Part shown: in pieces, positions 39,403 to 46,798 of the stretch
How positions within the stretch are numbered: position 1 is the stretch's first letter
Layout of the letters: each line of letters opens with the position of its first letter
Assembly (NCBI GenBank): GCA_046569765.1
Contig: JBKHWC010000008.1
Coordinates: 4,280-68,279 of the forward strand
Length of the DNA stretch: 64,000 nt
Origin: Alphaproteobacteria bacterium
GTDB lineage: Bacteria; Pseudomonadota; Alphaproteobacteria; Rhodobacterales; Rhodobacteraceae
Reading direction: 5' to 3'
Position numbers and translations under genes: made by a program
Notes under the pieces: generated by a model
Database searches by the model: none
Told to the model about the DNA's origin: nothing
What the model saw: the letters and a program-made list of their open reading frames with translations, nothing else

Positions 39403-40419
39403 TCATTCCGCCGCTTCCACCCGGGGCGGCCCGGCCCGGCGCATCGACTGGGTCAACCGCCGCTCATCCCGCGGCGAGACGCCGAACAGCTGGGTATAAT
39501 GCCGGATCATCGGGCTCGAGGTCATATAGCCCACCGAGGCCGCGATCTCGCGCAGCGAGTCATTCGAATACAGCACCCTCTGCCGCGCCTTCATCAGCCG
39601 CAACTGGTGGTAATAGCGCAACGGGCTCTGCCCGGTCTCGCGCTTGAAGGTCCGCTCGAAATGTCGGCCCGACAGACCCACCGCCGCCGCGACATCGGGG
39701 ATCCGCAGGGGATCTTCGACATGGGTTTCAAACAGCCGGATCGCCTCGCGGATCGGGGCGGGCAGGTTGTCCGTCGTCCCCCCGGCCCGCGCCACCGGCA
39801 CCTTCTGGCTGGCATCCGCGTCGCGGACGAAGGGGTGCTGGAACCAGCAGGCGACCTCGGTCATGCAATCGCGGCCCAGCCGGTCCTCGATCAGCCGCAG
39901 CATCAGGTCGAAGACTGCCCCTGCCCCGCTTGCGGTGATCCGCCGTCCTTCGCGCAGGATCGCGGCCTCGCGCGCCTGAACTTCCGGGAAATCCGCCTTG
40001 AACGCCGCCTCATAGCACCAATGGACCGAGCAGGGCCGCCCCTGCATCAACCCTGTCCGGGCCAGCGGGAAGATCCCGCCCGAGAACGCGCCCAGCGTCA
40101 CCCCGGTCCGGTCCAGCCAGCGCAGCCGGGCCGGGCTGCGGCGCGGGTCGGCATATTCGGCCGTCGGCGGCGAGATGAGGTAAAGGTGGTCCAGCCCCTC
40201 CACCGTCTGCAGCGTTGCGTCCGGGTCAAAGCCGATCTCGGCCGAAGACCGCACCGGAGCAGGGGATTCCGCGACCAGGGTCCAGACGAATTCACGCCGG
40301 CCGGTGATCTCGTTCGCGGCGCGCAGGGGTTCGATGGCCGAGGTCAGACAGGCCATCGGAAAGCCGGGGAAGAGCAGGAACCCCAGCCGCAGCGGTTCGC
40401 GTGCGCGAGTCTCGGTCAT
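39403..40419 (-). CDS. GlxA-family (DJ-1/PfpI domain + AraC HTH) transcriptional regulator
   Basis: N-terminal LGFLLFPGFPMACL GATase1-like domain. C-terminal AraC HTH (HFERTFKRETGQSPLRYYHQLRL...IAASVGY). ATG at 40419. Confidence 0.85.
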   Translation of the reverse strand: MTETRAREPLRLGFLLFPGFPMACLTSAIEPLRAANEITGRREFVWTLVAESPAPVRSSAEIGFDPDATLQTVEGLDHLYLISPPTAEYADPRRSPARLRWLDRTGVTLGAFSGGIFPLARTGLMQGRPCSVHWCYEAAFKADFPEVQAREAAILREGRRITASGAGAVFDLMLRLIEDRLGRDCMTEVACWFQHPFVRDADASQKVPVARAGGTTDNLPAPIREAIRLFETHVEDPLRIPDVAAAVGLSGRHFERTFKRETGQSPLRYYHQLRLMKARQRVLYSNDSLREIAASVGYMTSSPMIRHYTQLFGVSPRDERRLTQSMRRAGPPRVEAAE

Positions 40420-40680
40420 CGGACAACTCCCAAGGCAAATCGGACGAAGGGCAGCGGCAAGGGGTCGCACAGCGGGGTTCCGGCCAATGCGTCCACGCGG
40501 TCCCGCATGATGCCGAAGAAGTGCTCGTCCAAGTCGAGGACACCTTCCTGATGATCACTTTTCGCCAGTTGTCGATGATTCCCGCCAAAAAGCAATAATG
40601 AAGTTCAACTTTTTTTCTTTGCAGGCAGAACCAGGCCAGCGCTCCGCGGGCCAATGTCCTTTTGTCAGGACAAGGAACGC

Positions 40681-40708
40681 AAAAACCCCGGGGGATGATC
40701 CCCCAGGG
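40681..40708 (-). terminator. Rho-independent terminator of usp
   Basis: On the minus strand, CCCTGGGGG-ATCAT-CCCCCGGGG is followed by TTTTT. It sits 26 nt after the TAG stop at 40735. Confidence 0.7.
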
Positions 40709-40734
40709 TCAGAAGGCTTTCGCCGAGCACAGAC

Positions 40735-41148
40735 CTATCGGGCGACCGTCACCGAACACCCCGCCTGACCGGCCACTTCCGTCGCGACCGAGCCCAGGAC
40801 CAGACGCTTGACCCCCCGCTTGTCGCCGGTGCCCATGACAATCTGGTCGGCCGCGATTTCCTCGGCATAAGCGATGATCGCCGGACCGGCCCCGCGCGAG
40901 ATCAGGACTGCGGTGTCGATCGACCCGGCCCCCGCCTCGCGGGCCTTGGCCGCGGCTTTGGACAGGATGGCCTCGGCCTCCTCGTCGGTCCAGTGGTTGA
41001 TCGTCGGTCCGCGCGCCCCGCCGACCGCCAGGTTGACGGTGCAGATCGTCAGATGCCCCCCCGTCAGTTTCGCAAGCTCGGCCGCGTGCAGAAGTCCGGT
41101 ATCGGCATGGTCGCTGCCGTCCACCGGGCAAAGGATCTTTCTGGTCAT
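40735..41148 (-). CDS. Universal stress protein (UspA family)
   Basis: 137 aa. ATP-binding motif GTGDKRGVKRLVLGSV (G-x2-G-x9-GS). AGAGGG SD. Confidence 0.85.
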   Translation of the reverse strand: MTRKILCPVDGSDHADTGLLHAAELAKLTGGHLTICTVNLAVGGARGPTINHWTDEEAEAILSKAAAKAREAGAGSIDTAVLISRGAGPAIIAYAEEIAADQIVMGTGDKRGVKRLVLGSVATEVAGQAGCSVTVAR

Positions 41149-41209
41149 CGCCGTACCCTCTGGTCCATTGGCATTGCGGAAGGATACGCAGATTTTCGGT
41201 GGACTTGCC

Positions 41210-41223
41210 TTGACCTAAGTCAA
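41210..41223 (-). promoter_or_regulatory. FNR/FixK/FnrL-type box TTGAC-CTAA-GTCAA upstream of usp
   Basis: Perfect TTGA-N6-TCAA dyad centred about 68 nt upstream of the usp ATG. A TATCCT-like -10 element lies at a suitable distance for a class II promoter. Confidence 0.45.
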
Positions 41224-41240
41224 GATCCTTTCCCGTTGGG

Positions 41241-41270
41241 AAAACAAGGGCCCCGGAGAGCTCCGGGGCC
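41241..41270 (-). terminator. Rho-independent terminator ending the mgs-gmaS operon
   Basis: On the minus strand, the palindrome GGCCCCGGAG-CT-CTCCGGGGCC is followed by CTTGTTTT. It lies between the gmaS stop and the usp promoter. Confidence 0.55.
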
Positions 41271-41448
41271 AAGTTGGGGGTCAGGGTAGGCAAGATCGGG
41301 CAAGGCGCCCGTCGGGGGCCCGGCTGAGGAACCGGGTCCGATTCGCATGAATTCGGTCAACGCGATCCCGCAAGCCATTGCCTTTCTTCGGGACCGCGCC
41401 GTGGCTCAGGCCGGAGGCCGGTCAGATGTCCAGCGTGTTCTGCATTTC

Positions 41449-42678
41449 TCAGGCCGAGAAGTGGCTGCAGTAGTCGTTCCACTCCTTGTGCTTCAGCTTC
41501 AGATAGGCGGCCGAGAACTCCTCGCCCATCATCGCCTTCAGCGTCTTGTCCTTGTCGAACTCGCGCAGGGCGTCCAGCAGGTTCAGCGGCAGTTTGGGCG
41601 CGTTCTTCACCGTATGGCCCATCTGGTACATGTCGATGTCGTAGCGCCGCCCCGGATCGGCCTTGCTTCGCACCCCGTCCAGACCGGCGGCCAGGATCAC
41701 TGCCTGCATCAGATAGGGGTTCGCCGCGCCGTCGGGCAACCGGAGTTCAAACCGGCCCGGCCCCGGCACGCGGACCATGTGGGTCCGGTTGTTGCCGGTC
41801 CAGGTCACCGTGTTCGGCGCCCAGGTCGCGCCACTGGACGTGCGGGGCGCGTTGATCCGCTTGTAGCTGTTCACCGTCGGGTTGCAGATCGCCGCCAGCG
41901 CGCTGGCATGCTTCATGATCCCGCCCAGGAAGTGGCGGCCCTGGTCCGAGAGCGACAGCTCTTTCGACGGATCCGAGAAGGCGTTGGTCTTGCCGTCCAG
42001 CGACCAGACCGAGATATGGGCGTGGCAGCCCGACCCGGTCAGCCCCTTGAAGGGCTTCGGCATGAAGGTCGCGCGAAGGCCGTGCTTCTCGGCCACCGAC
42101 TTCATCATGAACTTGAAGAAGCTCAACTTGTCGGCCGTGGCCAGCACGTCGTCGTACTTCCAGTTCATCTCGTACTGGCCGGTCGCGTCCTCATGGTCGT
42201 TCTGGTAGGCTTCCCAGCCCATCTCCAGCATATAGTCGCAGACCTCGGCGATGCAGTCATACTGCCGCATCATGGCCTGCTGGTCGTAGCAGGGCTTCTC
42301 GGCGCAGTCGTAGGGGTCGGCGATCCTGTCGCCCTGCGGGGTCAGCAGAAAGAACTCGGGCTCGACTCCGGTCTTGACGCGCAGGCCGTCCTTGGCCGCC
42401 TCGTCCACCAGCCGGCGCAGCACGTTGCGCGGGGCCTGGGCCAGCGGCTTGTCTTCCATCACGCAGTTCGAAGCGACCCAGGCTACCTCCTTCTTCCAGG
42501 GAAGCTGGATCACCGCTTCGGGGTCGGGGACCGCCATCATGTCGGGATGCGCCGGCGTCAGGTCCAGCCAGGTGGCAAAGCCGGCAAAGCCCGCCCCGTC
42601 CACCGCCATGTCATTGATCGCCTGCGTCGGCACCAGTTTTGCACGCTGTCCACCGAACAGGTCGGTATAGGATACCAT
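41449..42678 (-). CDS. gmaS: Gamma-glutamylmethylamide synthetase (glutamine synthetase family), N-terminally shortened reading frame
   Basis: GS-family motifs (EPEFFLL, GSGCHAHISVW, NSYKR). The function is inferred from linkage to mgsABC and mgdABCD. The ORF begins 2 codons after an in-frame TAA. Confidence 0.8.
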   Translation of the reverse strand: MVSYTDLFGGQRAKLVPTQAINDMAVDGAGFAGFATWLDLTPAHPDMMAVPDPEAVIQLPWKKEVAWVASNCVMEDKPLAQAPRNVLRRLVDEAAKDGLRVKTGVEPEFFLLTPQGDRIADPYDCAEKPCYDQQAMMRQYDCIAEVCDYMLEMGWEAYQNDHEDATGQYEMNWKYDDVLATADKLSFFKFMMKSVAEKHGLRATFMPKPFKGLTGSGCHAHISVWSLDGKTNAFSDPSKELSLSDQGRHFLGGIMKHASALAAICNPTVNSYKRINAPRTSSGATWAPNTVTWTGNNRTHMVRVPGPGRFELRLPDGAANPYLMQAVILAAGLDGVRSKADPGRRYDIDMYQMGHTVKNAPKLPLNLLDALREFDKDKTLKAMMGEEFSAAYLKLKHKEWNDYCSHFSA

Positions 42679-42681
42679 GAA

Positions 42682-42729
42682 TTACTTGACGCCTTTTTCC
42701 TTGGCCCATTTGGCAAGGTCCTTCGCCAT
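42682..42729 (-). other. In-frame 15-codon fragment (MAKDLAKWAKEKGVK-TAA) that looks like the original gmaS N-terminus
   Basis: The ATG at 42729 is preceded by AGGGAG. This fragment is in the same frame as gmaS and is separated from it only by the TAA at 42682-42684. Confidence 0.6.
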
Positions 42730-42781
42730 CACTGTAGCTCCCTAAGTCTTTTATTTGTTTGCTGTATGGGGAAACGGCGGC

Positions 42782-44110
42782 TTAAAAGCCGCCGTTCCGT
42801 CCCGGTATCCAGTTGGTGCCAGCCAGGGGAACCCCCGCCATCGCCGCCGCCTCGATGGTCAGCGAGCACAGGTCCTCAGGTTCCAGGTTGTGCAGGTGGT
42901 TCTTGCCGCAAGCCCGCGCAATGGTCTGCGCTTCCAGCGTCATCACCTTGAGATAGTTCTTCAGGCGACGGCCGCCGAGCACGGGGTCGAAGCGCTTGAA
43001 GAGCTCCGGGTCCTGCGTGGTGATGCCGGCCGGGTCGCGGCCTTCGTGCCAGTCGTCATAGGCATCCACAGTGGTGCCCAGCTTCTGGTATTCCTCCTCC
43101 CACTTCGGATCGTTGTCGCCCAGCGCGATCAGCGCCGCCGTCCCGATGGCCACCGCATCAGCGCCCAGCGCCATCGCCTTGGCCACGTCCGCGCCCGTGC
43201 GGATCCCGCCCGAGACGATCAGCTGCACCTTGCGGTGCATCCCCAGGTCCTGCAGCGCCTTCACCGCCTGCGGGATGCAGGCCAGGATCGGCATGCCGAC
43301 ATGTTCGATGAACACGTCCTGCGTCGCCGCCGTACCGCCCTGCATGCCGTCCAGCACCACGACGTCCGCGCCCGCCTTCACCGCCAGCGCGGTGTCATAG
43401 TAGGGACGCGCGCCGCCGACCTTGACGTAGATCGGCTTTTCCCAGTCGGTGATCTCGCGGATCTCCATGATCTTGATCTCAAGATCATCGGGGCCGGTCC
43501 AGTCCGGGTGACGGCAGGCCGAGCGCTGGTCGATCCCCTTGGGCAGGTTGCGCATCTGCGCCACGCGATCGCTGATCTTCTGGCCCAGCAGCATCCCGCC
43601 ACCGCCGGGCTTCGCGCCCTGGCCCACGACCACCTCGATCGCATCCGCGCGGCGCAGGTCGTCGGGGTTCATGCCATAGCGGCTGGGAAGGTACTGATAG
43701 ACCAGCGTCTTGGAGTGGCCGCGCTCTTCCTCGGTCATCCCGCCGTCGCCGGTGGTGGTCGAGGTGCCGGCGGCGGTCGCGCCACGGCCAAGCGCCTCCT
43801 TGGCGGGGCCGGACAGCGCGCCAAAGCTCATCCCGGCGATGGTGATCGGGATATCCAGGTGGATCGGCTTCTTGGCGAAGCGGGTGCCGAGCCAGACGTC
43901 GGTCGAGCATTTCTCGCGGTAGCCTTCCAGCGGATAGCGAGAGATGGACGCGCCGAGGAACAGAAGGTCATCGAAGTGCGGCAGGTGCCGCTTCGTGCCG
44001 CCGCCGCGGATGTCATAGATGCCAGAGGCAGCCGCGCGGCGGATTTCGGCGTTCACCGCGGGGGTGAAGGTGGCCGAGTAGCGGGGCGGGGTTTTCGGGA
44101 ATTCGGTCAT
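42782..44110 (-). CDS. mgsC: N-methylglutamate synthase subunit C (FMN-binding glutamate synthase domain protein)
   Basis: GltB FMN-domain motifs (ISDRVAQMRNLP-type region, GGTAATQ, VSGGIRTGADVAKA). 442 aa. Confidence 0.85.
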   Translation of the reverse strand: MTEFPKTPPRYSATFTPAVNAEIRRAAASGIYDIRGGGTKRHLPHFDDLLFLGASISRYPLEGYREKCSTDVWLGTRFAKKPIHLDIPITIAGMSFGALSGPAKEALGRGATAAGTSTTTGDGGMTEEERGHSKTLVYQYLPSRYGMNPDDLRRADAIEVVVGQGAKPGGGGMLLGQKISDRVAQMRNLPKGIDQRSACRHPDWTGPDDLEIKIMEIREITDWEKPIYVKVGGARPYYDTALAVKAGADVVVLDGMQGGTAATQDVFIEHVGMPILACIPQAVKALQDLGMHRKVQLIVSGGIRTGADVAKAMALGADAVAIGTAALIALGDNDPKWEEEYQKLGTTVDAYDDWHEGRDPAGITTQDPELFKRFDPVLGGRRLKNYLKVMTLEAQTIARACGKNHLHNLEPEDLCSLTIEAAAMAGVPLAGTNWIPGRNGGF

Positions 44111-44119
44111 TCCTGTGCC

Positions 44120-44809
44120 TCAGTACGACGATGCATTGTCGATGTTGAAATTGTAGAGTTTGCGGGCGGAGCCATAACGCCGGAACTCTTCCGGCTTGGC
44201 CTTGCCGTCGGCTTCGCCCTTCCGCAGCAGCTCTTCCAGGATGGCGTAATGCTCGTCCCGCATCTCCTTCTCGATGCAGTCCGCGCCCAGCGACTTCACG
44301 CTGCCGCGAACGAACAGCCGCGCTTCGTAAAGCGAATCACCCAGCGCGTCGCCCGCATCGCCCAGCACGACCAGGTTGCCCGACTGCGCCATGAAGGCCG
44401 ACATATGGCCGATGGAGCCGTGGACGACGATGTCGATCCCTTTCATCGAGACGCCGCAGCGGCTGGCCGCATTGCCCTTGATGACCAGCAGGCCGCCGCG
44501 TCCGGTCGCCCCGGCATACTGGCTGGCGTTGCCGTCGATGATGACGGTGCCCGACATCATGTTCTCGGCCACGCCAGGCCCGGCCGAGCCCTTGATGCGG
44601 ATCGTCGCGTGCTTGTTCATGCCCGCGCAGTAATAGCCGGTCGACCCGTGCACGGTGATGTTCACCGGCGCGTCAACCCCGGCGGCGATGGCATGTGCGC
44701 CCTTGGGGTTGATGACCTCCCAGTCGGTCATGTTGGTCTGGCCCTTCAGCGCATGCAGCGCCGAGTTGAGCGCCCGAAGGCCCTCTTTGCCCAGATCGAA
44801 GGTCTGCAT
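44120..44809 (-). CDS. mgsB: N-methylglutamate synthase subunit B (GXGXG-motif glutamate synthase domain protein)
   Basis: Repeated G-x-G-x-G beta-helix motifs (HGSTGYYCAG, KGSAGPGVAE, GNASQYAG, HGSIGHMSAF). ATG at 44809. Confidence 0.85.
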   Translation of the reverse strand: MQTFDLGKEGLRALNSALHALKGQTNMTDWEVINPKGAHAIAAGVDAPVNITVHGSTGYYCAGMNKHATIRIKGSAGPGVAENMMSGTVIIDGNASQYAGATGRGGLLVIKGNAASRCGVSMKGIDIVVHGSIGHMSAFMAQSGNLVVLGDAGDALGDSLYEARLFVRGSVKSLGADCIEKEMRDEHYAILEELLRKGEADGKAKPEEFRRYGSARKLYNFNIDNASSY

Positions 44810-44813
44810 TGTC

Positions 44814-45710
44814 TCAACGCTCCCAGAAATAGACGGTGGCGGGTTCCGGCTCCCAGACGCGGGCATTTTCGATGCCCGGCAGGTTGACCAGCGCCCGGTA
44901 TTCCGACCCGAAGGCCACATATTCGTCGGTTTCGGCCATGACGGCGGGCTTGCAGGCGATGGGGTCGCGCACGACGCCAAAGCCGTTCTTGGTGCCGACG
45001 ACGAAGGTGTAGAACCCGTCCAGGTCCTCCAGCCCCGATTCCAGGGCCTTGCCCAGATCCTCGCCCTCTTTCAGCTTCTGGCTGACATAGGCGGCGGCGA
45101 CCTCGGTGTCGTTCTGGGTCTCGAAGGTCATGCCCTTGCGGATCAGCTCGCGGCGCAGGCCGTTGTGATTCGACAGCGAGCCGTTGTGCACCAGGCACTG
45201 GTCCGGCCCGGTCGAGAACGGGTGCGCGCCCATCGTGGTCACGGCCGATTCGGTCGCCATGCGGGTGTGGCCGATGCCATGGGTGCCCTTCATCTTGGCC
45301 ACTTCAAAGCGGGCGGCCACGTCCTTGGGCAGGCCGACCTCCTTGAAGATCTCGATGGCGTCGCCCGCGCTCATCACCTTCACGCCGGGGCGCAGATGCG
45401 ATAGGGCCGAGCGGGCCGCGTCCATCTGCCCCAGCGGAACCTCAAGCACCGCATGAGTGGACTTGATCTTCATCGTGACCGGCTGACCGATGGCTGCATG
45501 CAGTTCCCCGTCGAGGTCCTTGAAGTCTTTCGTGGGTTCCGCGGACTGGATGGTGATCTTCCCCAACCCGTCCTTCGCGCCGCCATAGATCGCGATCCCC
45601 GCACTGTCGGGGCCGCGGTCGGTCATGGTGATCAGCATGTCTGTCAGCAATTCGCCCAGCCGGGGTTCCAGCTTGGGATCCTTCAGGAACAGTCCAACGA
45701 TGCCGCACAT
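44814..45710 (-). CDS. mgsA: N-methylglutamate synthase subunit A (class II glutamine amidotransferase)
   Basis: MCGIVG Ntn-type N-terminal Cys. ATG at 45710. 298 aa. Confidence 0.85.
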   Translation of the reverse strand: MCGIVGLFLKDPKLEPRLGELLTDMLITMTDRGPDSAGIAIYGGAKDGLGKITIQSAEPTKDFKDLDGELHAAIGQPVTMKIKSTHAVLEVPLGQMDAARSALSHLRPGVKVMSAGDAIEIFKEVGLPKDVAARFEVAKMKGTHGIGHTRMATESAVTTMGAHPFSTGPDQCLVHNGSLSNHNGLRRELIRKGMTFETQNDTEVAAAYVSQKLKEGEDLGKALESGLEDLDGFYTFVVGTKNGFGVVRDPIACKPAVMAETDEYVAFGSEYRALVNLPGIENARVWEPEPATVYFWER

Positions 45711-45950
45711 GGATTCGTCTCTCCTCTGCGTGATTGAGGTGACGCTAGCATCCCATTGTACACCTATCAACTGGTAAGAAACTTTTTTTCACCTGACGGG
45801 AAAACGGCCAGTCTCGCCGCAAGAAGCGGCACTTTTTCTTGACAGAGTGTCGCAGGTCGCTTTCCCTACGGAAAACAAATTTGCCGCAGAGGGAAAGGCG
45901 TCGGGCTGCGTCTGGGGGCGGCAAACCAATCGGCCCAAGGGAGGAAATCT

Positions 45951-46238
45951 GTGACTGACCTTAATCGGCGGATTGAGGCGATGCATCGACGTGACGTGCT
46001 TGTGGCATGGGCGTTCGTGATCGGCCTCTGGTTTGCGGTGATCTTCGTGGCACTTGCCACCTGGAACCTGGCGCCCACGTCGGGCGCCCGGGCCATCCTG
46101 CTCTTTGCCGGGGCGACGGTGCTGTTGTTCAACACGGCCGCGATCCTGGCAATGCTGCGCCATTACCGGGAAGATCGGGACTTCATGTACGGCATCGACA
46201 TCAAGTTCCTCGACGAAGCCCGCGGACGGAGGGGGTGA
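45951..46238 (+). CDS. Hypothetical 2-TM membrane protein (95 aa)
   Basis: GTG start preceded by GGGAGG. Two hydrophobic helices. Followed 2 nt later by the next ORF. Confidence 0.55.
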   Translation: MTDLNRRIEAMHRRDVLVAWAFVIGLWFAVIFVALATWNLAPTSGARAILLFAGATVLLFNTAAILAMLRHYREDRDFMYGIDIKFLDEARGRRG

Positions 46239-46240
46239 CG

Positions 46241-46618
46241 ATGGCACATTACAAACCCCCGAAACAGGGCAAGGCCAGCCAGCTGTTCGACGTGGTCGTG
46301 CTGGTGGTGCTGACCGTAGGCTCGCTGTTCGTGCCGCTGTGGCTGAACATGGCGGGCGCGGCCAAGTCCGTCGCCAACCCGATCGCCAACCCGACATGGG
46401 AAGCCCTCGGCCAGAACGCCGCTCAGGCCGCCAAATACGAGGCCCTGGGCTTCACGCCCGAAACGGCGCACGACCTGATCCTGGCCCGGTTCGACTACAG
46501 TTTCTCGATCGCCGCGCTGCTGACGATGATCGTGGTCATCGTGCTCTACTATTTCCTGATCCTGCGGTTCTCGGAAGTCGAGTATCGCGAGGTCATCTCT
46601 GAGAAATTCGGCAAATAG
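46241..46618 (+). CDS. Hypothetical 2-TM membrane protein (125 aa)
   Basis: The ATG at 46241 follows GGAGGGGG. An N-terminal and a C-terminal TM helix flank a soluble loop. Confidence 0.6.
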   Translation: MAHYKPPKQGKASQLFDVVVLVVLTVGSLFVPLWLNMAGAAKSVANPIANPTWEALGQNAAQAAKYEALGFTPETAHDLILARFDYSFSIAALLTMIVVIVLYYFLILRFSEVEYREVISEKFGK

Positions 46619-46627
46619 GGGGCGACC

Positions 46628-46798
46628 ATGGATCTGTGGAACTACATCGAATACGGGGCCTGGGCGCTATCCGCGCTGCTTGGCCTGCACATGCTGGTGG
46701 ACTGGCTGAAGACCGACAGCACCTATTCCGAAGACGTCCTGACCTCCTCGCGCGAAGGCGAGCTTGAGGCCATGGCCGAAGAACACAAGGTACACTGA
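46628..46798 (+). CDS. Hypothetical single-TM small protein (56 aa; below the ORF-track size cutoff)
   Basis: Translated by hand as MDLWNYIEYGAWALSALLGLHMLVDWLKTDSTYSEDVLTSSREGELEAMAEEHKVH. Its TGA overlaps the permease ATG (TGATG). Confidence 0.5.
   Translation: MDLWNYIEYGAWALSALLGLHMLVDWLKTDSTYSEDVLTSSREGELEAMAEEHKVH

Noticed and set aside
40598-40790. About 59-codon plus-strand ORF starting in the AT-rich stretch at 40598 (MKFNFFSLQAEPG...)
   Set aside because: It runs through the usp terminator and into the usp coding region on the opposite strand. It has no SD and a non-protein-like composition. The AT-rich stretch is more likely the promoter region of the GlxA-type regulator.
42755-44887. 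710-aa plus-strand ORF
   Set aside because: It is antisense to mgsC/mgsB, which carry unambiguous glutamate-synthase-domain motifs.
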